From Lepidodermella squamata (lineage: Eukaryota > Animalia > Gastrotricha): 64,000 nucleotides of DNA. Below are positions 23,707 to 36,002 of this stretch, in pieces. The translations under genes were made by a program, and so were the position numbers. The notes beneath the pieces were generated by a model. The model worked only from the letters and a program-made list of their open reading frames with translations. It did no database searches and was not told the DNA's origin. The stretch covers positions 1,364,001-1,428,000 of the forward strand of contig JBLDXI010000021.1 in NCBI GenBank assembly GCA_047495785.1, read 5' to 3'. The first letter of the stretch is position 1, and each line of letters opens with the position of its first letter.

Positions 23707-24262
23707 TATAAACCACCGATGCCGCCAGACAGGGTTGACAGCTGGGCCATAAAATTTGAATTTTCAAATGTTATTGCGGGCAATCAATTGCGTGCGCGCG
23801 CGCTTGACGGTATTGTGCTCACTTCGACTAAACCAGCGATGTCGTCTCCGGCGCCAAAGAAAACAGCGTGATCTCGGCGATTTCTCAAACTACTACAACG
23901 GCCGTTTCGATCTCACAGCGTCGCCCGCTTGGCGCTCCCGTTCAGCCCGTGCGGTCATCCGAAGACTTCACCACGGTTATCTTGAAGTGCCCGCGCCTCG
24001 ATTCGAAGGGCATTACCGTCATCGTTAAGAGCAACGAATGATTTTGTGTCTAGCATTTTCAGTGTTTGAGTAGAGAGAAGACAGTACGAAGAAGATTACT
24101 TGAGGTTTTTGTGGTGTAATAAAAGCGCGCGCATCCGGTCTAACCGTCTTTTTCTTTTATTGCCTATAATTTAAAGTAAGGTCCTCCCAATTTGACAGGA
24201 GTGCATCATAAGAAAAGTTGTATGGATAATGCACTCAGATAACACGTCATCGGTGGTTTATA
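23707..24262. mobile_element. MITE-like element
   Basis: 15-bp perfect inverted termini TATAAACCACCGATG / CATCGGTGGTTTATA. Confidence 0.6.
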
Positions 24263-24324
24263 CCGTAAAATATCGAATTGGCCAAGCTACTCGACCTATA
24301 TTTTTGAGGGCAAATCTATAGTTC

Positions 24325-25613
24325 TATAGGTGTAAAGTCGCACAATTTAGGACAAAATTCGACGCGTTTTCGTAAAAGAATTCAAATCATCCAATTCGAG
24401 CGCTATATAGACAATTTTTATAGATATTATAGCCAGATGCGTCCGCTATAATTTGACACCTTGCGCGCGCATGTACGCGCTACCGTTGCGTCAGTGCGCG
24501 CGCTCGAAACAATAAAAACACCCCGTCCCACATTGCGTGCCGGGTTTGCTATTCGGGACAAGAGCGGCAATTTTGGATGCTTATTTGGGACAGGCTGTAG
24601 TTTGCTCAATTTTATCGATAATGATTTGAAATGTTGGCAACAATGACTTTCGATTATGCTCTTTCATAATATCTCATTTAAAATTTGCCGCGCACAAGCA
24701 CAACCCGTGGAATTTGACTGCTGTTAATACCCCATTAACGCGCATTTTGTGGTGCGTGGCCAGCTACAAAATCCTTGAGACAAAATCCTCACATTTGCGC
24801 GCTATTAATACTATGTTTCTGCTTGAGTCGCGCGCTTCTTAAATTTGACTTTGTAATTGTGATGAATAAATAGAGCACAAAAAAGTATACATTTTTGCAA
24901 AAACTGCATCGAAAACGGATACAGTGATCGTGAACTGCACGCTGTCCCAAATAGCGTAGTTTAACTAGGGTAGTTTAACGGGGAAAACTTTTTTATCCGA
25001 CCAATGTCTTATTTCATCCGACAACCAAAAAGTTGACTAAAATCATCCGACTTGCTTTTTCATATTTTCAAAAAATTACAGTAAAAAAGTGACAACTCGG
25101 ATCGCCATAAATCTTTCCCCATAAAATCCTGCCGGTTCAGGGGCCAAATAAGGCGGCATAAAAGGGGTACTTTCCTACGTACAAATCGATTTCGGGAAAT
25201 CCGAGAAAATGGATATTTTCATGGCGGAGGATTTTAGTCACATTTTTGGTTGTCGGATGAAATAAGACATTGGTCGGATGGAAAAAGTCACTCCCAGTTT
25301 AACGCGCCGCACACGCTGGTGTTGTCACCTTCTCATTTGCCCGCACCCGCAAAACAGCATTCGAGTTCTAAATTCAACACCTTGCCTTAAGTTCTCACAA
25401 TTATTTGACACCTCCCTAGCAATCAGCGCCCCATAATGGCGCGCGCGCGTCATATTTGAGTTCCGCGTTTTACTATCATGTTGAGCGCATAAAAAATGCA
25501 GCGATTGACACCGCCCTCATCTAAATGCGATGTACAGAAATGATACAAATTTCAATAAACCTTAACTTGTCCCACATTAGGAGCCGTCCCATATTGTGCG
25601 ACTTTACCCTATA
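24325..25613. mobile_element. Non-autonomous TIR element carrying a nested MITE
   Basis: tatagg(t)gtaaagtcgcacaatttaggac pairs with gtcccatattgtgcgactttaccctata. Confidence 0.7.
24981..25295. mobile_element. Mutator-like MITE nested in the preceding element
   Basis: About 65-bp TIRs with GGG...CCC ends and a 9-bp TSD AGTTTAACG (24972-24980 and 25296-25304). Confidence 0.85.
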
Positions 25614-25769
25614 TAATAGGCTAATTAACTATCGCAACCTAAGCACCAATTCACACTTCTTTCTTTTACAAGAAACTAGTTCTTATCAATAGAAACGAAT
25701 ATACGAAGAAGTTGATTAAATATGCAGCTTTAACATATGAAGTTGCGATTACATAGGAATGACTGCGAT

Positions 25770-26000
25770 AATCGAGAGGTGGAACGGCCTGCAAAAAGAC
25801 GTTTTCCCTAACACTGTTGACCCTAACGCTTTCAAAATATTGGTGAATGATCTAGGCCATGCCTTTTAACAACAGCAACAGCCGAAATTTCTTTGTAAAT
25901 AAAAAAAATGGAACAATTCATCTCATTATATGGATAATATAGATGTTATTTGCTTTACCGAGGAGGAACTCATGGATAAGTTGCCCACAACATTGTTTGA
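25770..26000 (+). mobile_element. Possible heavily decayed non-LTR RT fragment
   Basis: DVFPNTVDPNAFKILVNDL followed by SHYMDNID loosely resembles RT motifs 4-5. Stops intervene. Confidence 0.3.
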
Positions 26001-28426
26001 GGATGATATTCGAAAAACAATCGACAATGCATCGAAAAGAGATACTTCGCTCATAACAAAATGCCTAAACTGCAGGAACTATCAGAGAAGGAACTACTCT
26101 TAATGGACAAATTGGCTAGATCAAATGTATACTATTATCCGTAACGCGAGCGAAGCGAGCTTTAGCTGGCGCTATTTTTCGAAGTTTTCCGCAGGAATAG
26201 TCTAAAAATGCTCAACATTTGGGTTGAGAGCTGAAAATTTCCAGGGGGACAAGCATCCGAGAAAAATATTGTCAGCTCGCCCCCTCCTGGCGCGGCTACT
26301 GCTTGAAAATAAGCATAAAAAATTAATGCAAAAAGCTAGAACCATCCAGCTAAAGCAAGGATATTCCAAAATCCACCCTGCAAATCTCTACGTCGCTAAA
26401 TCGACACTAGACACATACGAAGAGCTTTTAATTCGTAAGTATTATGGACATGAATGATGCATAAATGCTGTAAGTAGAGGATTTTCTTATGAAGAGAATG
26501 GACTGGTGTATTTTACGTTCTTTAAACTGAACCCAGGGCAAAATTGTGGGGGCATGGTAGTGCCCTCCGATGGCTGGCCTTTTACTCTTAGAATCTGAGG
26601 CAAATACCTATTCATAAATATTGAAGGAACTAAGGCTTTCCAACTTTTCTCAGACTGCAGAAATTTCAATCATTTGCAAGTTGGATAGTCAGTTCTCAAG
26701 TTGGAAAGATTCTTCAGTAGAATGTGTTGCCCGTTTAATTGGGAATATCTTGAACGCCGAGCCGAAATAAAGGATAGAAATTAAGTAGGGTAAAGAGGAA
26801 TATTTGAGAAAATACGGGGCACTATACAGAACAAAATAGACGGCTGATTTATGTCGCTAAATAAGCCCCACGGAAATGTCGTAAAATCGAAATTTTCTTC
26901 ATTTATCGGTGTTGCAGCAAGCTAAACTGAGGGCCATTACGCTGAGCGTGTGGCAAGCTGAGCTTGCTACTGGTATATCGCGCAACTCAACGGTATTTCT
27001 GGTATCCAAAAAGCCGGATTAATAATAGTGAGCGATATTTGAATAGCTACTGGTAGGGTTGGTAACTCTCTCCCAGGGTCGCAGAAAGGTCGCAGAGATA
27101 TTTAAAACCATCGCGGCTGCCTCGTGACTCGCGATTTGCAGCCAGAATAGTTGAGCTGCTCTCAGTTGAAGGTAAACCGTGAACTCTCAAAATCTAGAGA
27201 AACATCAAGGCTAAATAATTTGTGACTTTTTCCGACTCTGGACCTAATGATAATGATCGAAAAAGATTTATTTCTAAGGTGATTAGTCAAGTTCCAAGTT
27301 GGGAATTCATTATAATGTGAGGTTTAACTAATCATGTTCCTTGGAAGTTGGATGAGCGCTTCAAAAAATTCACTAAAGAGAGGTGTTTCCCAAATACCCC
27401 GGTCCGAAACCGATGAAATCAATTGGTTCACCCAGGTAAAAACGATCGAGACGAAGTGGGGTAACTTGGCCGCATGACCATTTCTCTCGAGGAGAGAACC
27501 ATCTGGCAAAAACTAGATAATTCATCGGTCAGCTTTACGCCAAGCGCATCTTTAAGTGAGCAGTCTACACGTAGAAATCGGCCAAGTTCTCTATGGATAC
27601 GCTCTATGGATACGCAAGACGAAGAGACCATCGATTCCCGCAACAGATTTAAAATTACAAATCTGTGATGTGCTTTTAGTCTATCCAGGCTGAAACTTTA
27701 CTGTATTTCCGAAAAAATCATTTGAGTATAAGCACAACTGAACAATTCTTAGGAGGAAAGGAAACTAGTCCAATTTGTAGCTTATTTTCGCTATTTTCTT
27801 AGGATGATTGGGTGAAATTTGACAGCGACCGACAATAACTCAATAAAATTAAATTATTTTCACGATTTCGAACAATAGTTTTGGCAACAAAGTATTGAAA
27901 TTCACATGGCTAGATGGGGCTTTTCGCGCTGATTCTGGGTATATTTAATTCACCTGAATCGAAATTGAAATGGGTCTAAAAGCGACAATAATGACTTTTT
28001 CTTTGTCTAGACTCGCAGGCCTAATCAAATAAATGGTGTATTCTGGGTAAAAATAAGAAGAAAAGGATGAAAATGTTGTTTATGAGCAGCAGCTTCCTTA
28101 TGGCGGCTTCGATTTGTGCGCATCTGGAGCCATTTATGCCGGTAACGCGTCTACTTCGCAGTACATTCTTTGCAATAATGTGGCCGATGAATCACGCGCA
28201 ATTTATATAAGAGAATTACTGCGGCGGAACTAATACCGGAATTGTGTCGCGATTCGCGATTCGTGTGGTTGTTGCAATTTGAACGCATCTCGGTGATAGC
28301 GCTGCACTAGACACGTCGATCCCTGTTTTCAGCTAAAAAATCGATATTCCAAGTTATACACGAAATATACAATCATCGTCTTCTTTCGCTGGATCGGGCT
28401 CAGTTCGCAGTTCGCAGGACTATGAT

Positions 28427-28548
28427 GGGTGTGATCTAAAGATAAACCGTAGCTAACTATAAGTTAACTATGAACTTTTGTATGTGAGAGATGGCCTAAC
28501 TACTAGTTAAACTTATAGTTAGCTACGGTTTATCTTTCGATCACACCC
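28427..28548 (+). mobile_element. 122-bp palindromic MITE, copy 1 (AT TSD, ISL2EU/PIF-like)
   Basis: About 38-bp TIR GGGTGTGATC(T/G)AAAGATAAACCGTAGCTAACTATAAG, flanked by gAT...ATc. Confidence 0.85.
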
Positions 28549-28907
28549 ATCCCTGCGACTAATAAGGGGGTATAATAAAAAAGCAAAATCAAATTTTCAC
28601 ATTTTTTATTTTGAGAAATTAATATTTATTTTTGTATATTTTTTATATCATTATCGAAAAAATTCAAAATATAAGCGGCAAGCGGCAAATTTGAAAATGT
28701 AAGCCAGCGACTTCACCTGCTGGGTTTTCACTGTAGCGAGCCGCAATCTGGGTGCGAAGAATCGAAGAATCGACCATCGACCGTGTTAACACATTCTTTC
28801 CTAACCCCGAAACCGTCCCGCGTCTCAGCGTTGGACGTCAGCGTCAGCGTCAGCAATAACTGTAGCGCAATCTGGGTTCGAAGAATCGAATTGACCGTGT
28901 TAACTTA

Positions 28908-29500
28908 CTGCAGAAGTGAAAATTTTCGCGTGGTAGAAGTTTTCGCGAGAAGAAGTTTTTCTGGTTCATTTTCTATCTCACGCTGTAGAACCTATTTTTC
29001 ACTGTTTCCAGCTGTATGGGGTTGAGCTCGCGAAAACTAGCTTGCCAGCTCTTGACTGTGAGACTTCTATCTAGTGATTTGTGACTATATTCCATCGATT
29101 TTTCACGTCTAGCGCCTCGCTAACCATCAAATGTTGTTACCAGGCTGCTGCTGACGGTCGTTTTGGGCTTCGGTCGGCCCAAAGACCCTCACTTTGGTAT
29201 AGCTAAAAACTAAACCACCTTTTCATGCGGCTAAAATAAATAGTTTTTGTCAAGCATCCAGTTTATTTAAACATAGTTTGAATAAGTTGATAATTACTAC
29301 AAGCTAATTTTAATTAGAGGGGGAATTGGAGTGCAATCCCAACCAAAGCAGCAATGTGTTATTTTCAAATTGATTAATATTCCGCGAGCCCATATTTTTC
29401 GCGAGTTCGAAATTTTCGCGTGGCTAAAATTTTCGCGGGTATAATTTTCGCGATGAAAAAAATGACCTCGCGAAATTCGCGAAAATTTTCACTTCTACAG
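28908..29500. mobile_element. TA-flanked MITE with TTTTCGCG subterminal repeats
   Basis: TIR CTG(C/T)AGAAGTGAAAATTTTCGCG with TA on both sides. Interrupts the second unit of a local duplication. Confidence 0.8.
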
Positions 29501-30035
29501 TATTCATTCTCAATCTTAACCCGTCCCGCGTCCTTCGTCAGATTAATTTCTTTGTCATCCGAGTCACGAAATCAACGACTCTCTACCGTGGCACGGCAGC
29601 GTGGAACAGCGCAACCGACTTCATCCGGCAAATGAACTCGTCAAAAAGCACGCGTCAAGCTGCCTACGTCGTCGAATTTGCTAAAGAACAACTCGAAGAT
29701 ATTATTTTATTAGATCCGTAATCTATTTTTCTAATTTACTTTTTACTTCTTGTGCCAATTGACTAGTGTAAAACATCGCCACGGCGGTGAATCGAGTTGT
29801 TACTTTCAAACTAAAGCCCAAGCATATTGTCGGGCAACCGGCGACTGGGCTTATTAATCCATCCATCCATCCATCCACGTGGTTTTAACTAAAGAAGAAA
29901 TAACCAACTAGCGAATAGCGAAGTTCGATCATTAAGTGCGGTGGACAGTCAAATTGCCCATCAACACTGACGCCAAATGTGTCTCTACGCTAACATTAGC
30001 CAATGTCCCGGGTTCATTGTATCCGTGACTTGGAT

Positions 30036-30157
30036 GGGTGTGATCGAAAGATAAACCGTAGCTAATTATAAGTTAAACTAGTAGTTAGGCTATCTCTCAC
30101 ATACAAAAGTTCATAGTTAACTTATAGATAGCTACGGTTTATCTTTCGGTCACACCC
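30036..30157 (-). mobile_element. 122-bp palindromic MITE, copy 2 (inverted relative to copy 1)
   Basis: Near-identical reverse complement of 28427-28548, again flanked by gAT...ATc. Confidence 0.85.
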
Positions 30158-31358
30158 ATCTTGCTCTTTCAAGTAGCTGCAGCTAAGGGGGAGGCTCTGG
30201 GGGAGTTGCTGCAGTCGTTGCTCAATTCTTCTGGTTGCGCAACTAAATTTAGTGCGCGATGCTATATTACCTCGCATTTTCACTTCTAATTACTGTATAC
30301 GCGATATTATTTCGCGAGTGAAAATGGAGTTCGCGAAAATAAAATTCGCGAAAATTTTCTCATCAACAATTTATCAATCATTATTTATCAAGCCCTAATC
30401 CCTCTTCAAAACCGGAAACGGTAACTGACGACAGTCTAGAAGAGGCTAAATAAAACTATTATTAATATAATTTATCAACTACAATTTCATTTATTTGATC
30501 AACATCCGCCCTGCCTCATTACAAAGAATCAGCGATAGCTTCTAACTTCATACTTTATCCTTCGAAAAGCTGTCAACATTATTACCCTTTTTCGGTTAAT
30601 TGTTTCGTATGACTTATGTGTCAACCCGTTTAAATTATGAAAACTGCTGTGTTACTGTTGCCTGTTGCCTCGGTTTTTATATCAAATGTCATGCCCAATA
30701 CCCAAGAAACAAGATGATAGATGAGCGACTGAGAAGTCGGTTATTGGTTAATTAATTCTTTCGCCCATTGCCCATCCGGCATCTTGCAAGTTGAATGAAC
30801 GGATGTTTAAAATTTGCGGTGATCGACCGAAATCGCTTCCCCATAGCTGCTGTGTTTGGCGATCGCAGCCCGCCTTCTAAAAGAACGGTTTTTCAATTCA
30901 AAGCCGCACTGTGGTCATTTATGATCCAGGCTAACAGCTGACGACGGTTTGACTCGAAGCTCATCGCAGTATAATAAAGTGTAAAAATAGTGCATACATA
31001 AATCAAAGCTCTAACATTCAAGCGCTAAAATGTTGCTCAATATGCATGCAGCATCAATTAAAGCTTTGGTCAAATATCTTTTCTTTTTGTCATGTATTTA
31101 CTTGAATGTAATTTGGAATGAATTTTATCTTTGATTTGGTTGTCTTGTAGTTCACTGCATCTTGAAACGCCTGCTTGACTGTTACAATCATCATAATTTA
31201 GGCATCAGCTTTTTATACTTTCATCGTTTTATCAAGCTAAATTCTTGTCTTCGCATATTAGCTTTACCCTGCTTTCGGTTAAAGGGGAAACTTGCTTATT
31301 GTTGAGACGTGCGTTCATGCTTCATGCTAAAACCCACAATTTTCAGTGACGGGCATTT

Positions 31359-31495
31359 AATGCGCGTGTTCGCCACGGGTCCCCAAAACGTCACCATGAC
31401 GTCAAAACAATTGATATGACCAGAAAGGGACACATTTATTTCATTATGATGACGTTGTGGGGACCCGATAAACAATGGTGGCGAACGGGCACATT
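31359..31495. repeat. Imperfect hairpin / small foldback element
   Basis: aatgcgcgtgttcgccac-gggtccccaaaacgtca pairs with tgacgttgtggggaccc-...-gtggcgaacgggcacatt. Confidence 0.55.
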
Positions 31496-31790
31496 GGTGC
31501 TGTCGGTTATCGGTTCATCGTTGACTTCAACTTCATGGCTGATTATAATGTATCGTTTTCTGGGTTATATTAATCGCAAGTGGGTTGTCATGTGTATATA
31601 GTCTTTCGTTTTTAGTTGATAGTTTGAGACTGCGCGATTTCTGTGACATCGACTGATTATTACGGATTGATTCAAACGGGAATTTGGAAAGTAATTTGTA
31701 CAATTAAATCTTGTTTCACCTATGAGATTGCAACTGAGGGAACACTGCCACAGCAGAGACACCAATGTAGTTGATAAAGGATGATTTCTA

Positions 31791-33145
31791 CTTGGGACTA
31801 ATAGTAGATGGACTCGACACTCCTCAAAATCATTCGGACGGGAGCAAAAAATGGCGATTCAGCGATTTTTTCCACGCTAAATTTATGATTGAAAATAATC
31901 TTTTTTTACACCAACACGCAGCCTTTCTCCCATAAAGCGGCGAAAAATTGCCAATCTTGGGCAATGGGGTCACGATTTCTCCGCAGGTATAAGCGATATG
32001 AAAATAATTCTTGAAGATTCAAGAAGAGCAACTCAAGACGCATGCGGCGATGCTAAACAGGGGCAATTTTGTTGCCCAATTTTGTGATTACATCAAAACT
32101 TCCTAAACAATACCATCTTTTTAATAGTTCAGAAGAACGCCTGGAAATCAAGGAATAATCACCAATTTTTCTAGGATTTTTCTGATTTCTGATTGCAGAT
32201 TTCGGCGTTACATTATTTCAATTTTCAATTTTGGTTCAGCTTTTCTATCCAATTTTGCATTACAACAATGTTTCATTTGCGAAGGTTATGGTTAGGATGA
32301 GGGTTAGTTTAGGGGTGGGTTCGGGTTGATTTCAAAATAGAATTCGCAAAAGAAACAGTTAAAATGTACCTCATATTTTTGTAAAAACCCTCGTATCCTT
32401 TCGTTTGAATATCGGCTCAAATATGTTTATCCACCTTCATTATTATATTCCTTTGTTATAATTTTTTTTAACACAATCGACAAGCAGAACATAGTACTCT
32501 GGAGGAAGCTAGATAATTTCAATTGGCCTTCTATAAAATGCCTCCTAAAATCTTGCGATTTCTGCAGTATTAGCCGAACAAAGTTTTTGCCAAATTACAA
32601 GGTAAATTGATATATTGAATGATTGGGAACCGTTTGGTATTTTATTCGCCGCGTGATCTGGGAACCCTGAAATTCAATTTTATCGGCAAATGAGTCGGGT
32701 AACTAATAAGCCTTATCGTGCGTTTTCACCCCAAAAATCAGTTAGAATTTCAGGGAACAGCGTTAAATATTATGCGCACAAGGCGCAGGCCTGAACCGGT
32801 AGCTTATAATCAAAGTAAAATTTCAGTGGCTTCTAACGGTGAATACTAAATAATTTTTTCATCGCTGCCTTCCTCGAACGATGATCTATGCGGCGGTTCA
32901 ATTTTTTCAAGAAAAAGGTGTGTAGTTTTGGAGCAATCATGTTCCCCGCGTAAAATCGACGACAGAAATTTCGCGTAATGGTGGGATGCTGGTTTTGTTG
33001 CTGAAGTTTTTGTTAATCGGCTATTTTTTTCTGTGATCAAAGCAACACGCGATCAATCTCCACGTTTTTTGCCTCTCAGGCCTCCCCGAACGATTTATTA
33101 TGCGTTAGATAGGAAGTGTCGAGTCCATATACTATTAGTCCCAAG
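31791..33145. mobile_element. Non-autonomous DNA transposon, 1355 bp, with 8-bp TSD (hAT/P class unresolved)
   Basis: TIR CTTGGGACTAATAGTA(G/T)ATGGACTCGACACT and TSD GATTTCTA (31783-31790 and 33146-33153). Confidence 0.9.
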
Positions 33146-33725
33146 GATTTCTAGGGTTAAGAAGATATGCGGTTTGATACATATGCAGAATGGCATTTGG
33201 TAAAATTTAATACGACACTATTTGCTTGTTCAAGTAATTTTGTCACTGATTTTTGTTATTAACGGGTCAACAGTTACTATACTCGGTAATTATAACACTG
33301 ATTTCGCGCAAATGCGAAAAATGTGCAATGATTCGTTTAATTTGAATGGACAGAGACGCGTGGTCTTTTCCGCATTACGCATCGCGTGGCCTGTACTGTG
33401 AATCTCCAATCTGTGCACCTTGATTATGTGTCGTCTTAAATTATTCACATTCTGCACCCTGGCGTTTGTTGTGCGCGCCTACGCCTGTTTACACCTTTAT
33501 TATTACCGCCATCATTATTGTTATCTTGTCAATCAATCGCCGTTAGAAATCTGCCGCTCTTTTCGCGCTTTATCCGACGCGCGGCGATTTGTTATCACAA
33601 GAAACTATATCTCTCCCCGCGCGTCGAAATGATCATTCAGCCTCACGCGCCTCGAATTAAAGGCGTTGCTTTCACCTTCATATTATAATTTCTTTTTCTT
33701 TAAAGTAGGCAGGCTTTTTAATTCT

Positions 33726-35515
33726 ATGTCCGAGTATCCGAGCGCATTTGCGGCTCCTAAACTTGAAGAATGTGACATTTCGAGACATCCCTTGTTTCCA
33801 GTCATCAAATTTCTGCTCGAAAAATGTGACTCGGCTACGGAAAAGTTTGGCAACGCTCATTTCCCAATCAATTCGATAGATGCTGAAATCGAAGCGATGG
33901 TGCGAAAATGCGCCGGCGAGAGTGGGTCAATCACATTTCCTGACGTGGAAACGCACAATCTGGTGATCTTAACGCTACAAGTTTTACGAATTCACATCCT
34001 CGAGTTGGAAAGAGTCGGCGAGCTCAGCGTTGATTTCTCTACTCGTTATATCAACTGCCTTAAGCAAAAAATGCAAAATGAGCTGTTGTCGTCAGATATT
34101 CTTCAAGATGGGAATGAAGACATTTCTAATGTAAGCGAGTTATCCGAATTTTTTTCAGATTTATTTTTGTATTTTTCTTATAGACTTCCGGGGATAGTAT
34201 GTTTGAGTCGTATAATCAGCATCGGCAAACTTCTCCCGAAGATCCTTCTTCATCGACGCCGCTGTTTTCGTCCCATCCTAGCGGTTCTCTGCATTACAAC
34301 AATTACTGCGACCCAAATAATCCTAACTTGACCCCTCAGTACCCGTACGGCGGCAGGTCTAGTTCATCCAGCCGGCGGCATTCTGTTGGCTCAGCCGCTA
34401 ATTACGATTTGGATGGAAATAACCGGAAACGCGGCGTTTTACCTAAACAAGTAAGCTCACAATTTTTCCTTGTTGCGAGCTTCAAGGTTAATTTTCTAGG
34501 CAACGCAAGTTATGCGCCAATGGCTTTTCCAACACCTGATGCATCCTTACCCGAAAGAATCAGAAAAGCAAATCATGGCTTCGCAAACTGGCCTGTCATT
34601 GTTGCAAGTGAATAATTGGTAGGTCTCTCAATTTTTTATCTAGGTTCCTAGTTCAGGACTGTTTGACGATTAAGCCCATGTCCGAAGTTGAATTATTTGT
34701 CGTAGAATTGAGAATTCCAATCGTGAGATATATACCTGTTCGGGCTATCTGATTATCGATACGTCGGCTAAAATCGATATCTTTAATCAGCCCTGATCAT
34801 TGAATCGAAACGTTTCGAAAATACTACAGCTCAAATCGAGAAAGTTCAAGCTTTTAGTCACGCGATGTCCGCCCTAATCTCTTATTTTCCTATGCCTTTT
34901 GTCGTGTTTGTTATTCTAATCAAGGAAGAATTAGGACTGGCGTTTTGTCCCCAAAAAAATTGATTGATTTCACGACTAAATTACACAAATTGGATCTTTT
35001 CTTGTCTCAGGTTCATTAATGCCCGGCGAAGAGTGCTTCAGCCAATTATGGATCGCTCAAATCCCCCGCCGAACGGGACATCAAGTTCGGGTGGTAAAGA
35101 CACCTCGAGCGGTCCTTCGAAAGCGAAACACAAAAAATCGACGAGCCAGAGCGGCAGTTCGACGACGAATGGCGCCGCTAATCGTTTCTGGCCCGAACAG
35201 TTGCGAAATTCCAGCACGACTACGGTGCCATCAGCCGACAGCACGGCTTCCTCAGCTTCATCGAGCGGGTCTCAAATTTGCCCGGATTTGCAGCAGCAGC
35301 AACAACAGCATTTACAACAGCTGGGCCATTTGCAGCAAATGCAGCCGAATCTTCACCCGCAACATCATCACTTGTTAGCCCATCACGCCCTGTCAGCCTT
35401 GCTACCCGGAATGGGGTTCGGAGGTACCAATGAAAATCACCTTCTTCCCCTCGGCATGAAGGACGAACACGCGTGGATGATGGCGGCAGCGGCGAGTGAT
35501 TCGATGGCGCACTGA
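33726..35515 (+). CDS. PKNOX: TALE homeobox transcription factor, PKNOX/Prep class
   Basis: Exons 33726-34130, 34184-34450, 34500-34618 and 35011-35515. MEINOX motif HPLFP..LLEKC and homeodomain [26 protein letters not shown]...[18 protein letters not shown]. Confidence 0.92.
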
Positions 35516-36002
35516 AATTGACTTGAAAAATCCTCCTTAAAAAAATTGCCTCGCTTTATTTACTTTTCTCGGTGAACTAGTCTGAACTCACCAATTTCTA
35601 TCGATCAAGGTGTTACTTGCTCATCTCTTTTCCATCATCTTGTTGTTGTGTCATTGTGTTTCTATTTTCTAAATTTCTCGATCTTGTTGATTTCTTCGAA
35701 CGCTCTTTCCTATTGCTTAATAACATTGATCATATTTAATCTCAGCTTTGTTTTGTTAGACGCTGCTCGCTTCTCTAGGCTTGAAAGAGCGAATTTTGAA
35801 TAAAAAAATCAGAATTTACCCTAGTTTAACCGCCTGTTTTTATTGAAGTGTCGAGCGAGAAAATTTAAGTGGGATGATAGGCGAGGGGGCAGGTTCAACA
35901 CAAAATAGCCGCTAAGTAAGAGTGGGTCGTAACAAAATGTCACATTATCGAAATTGATGTGTTAATGTCATTATTTAACTCGAGATGATTGCTGCCGGCT
36001 TG

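Noticed and set aside
27324-27668. Short ORFs on both strands
   Set aside because: No motifs, splice structure or homology that I can recognise.
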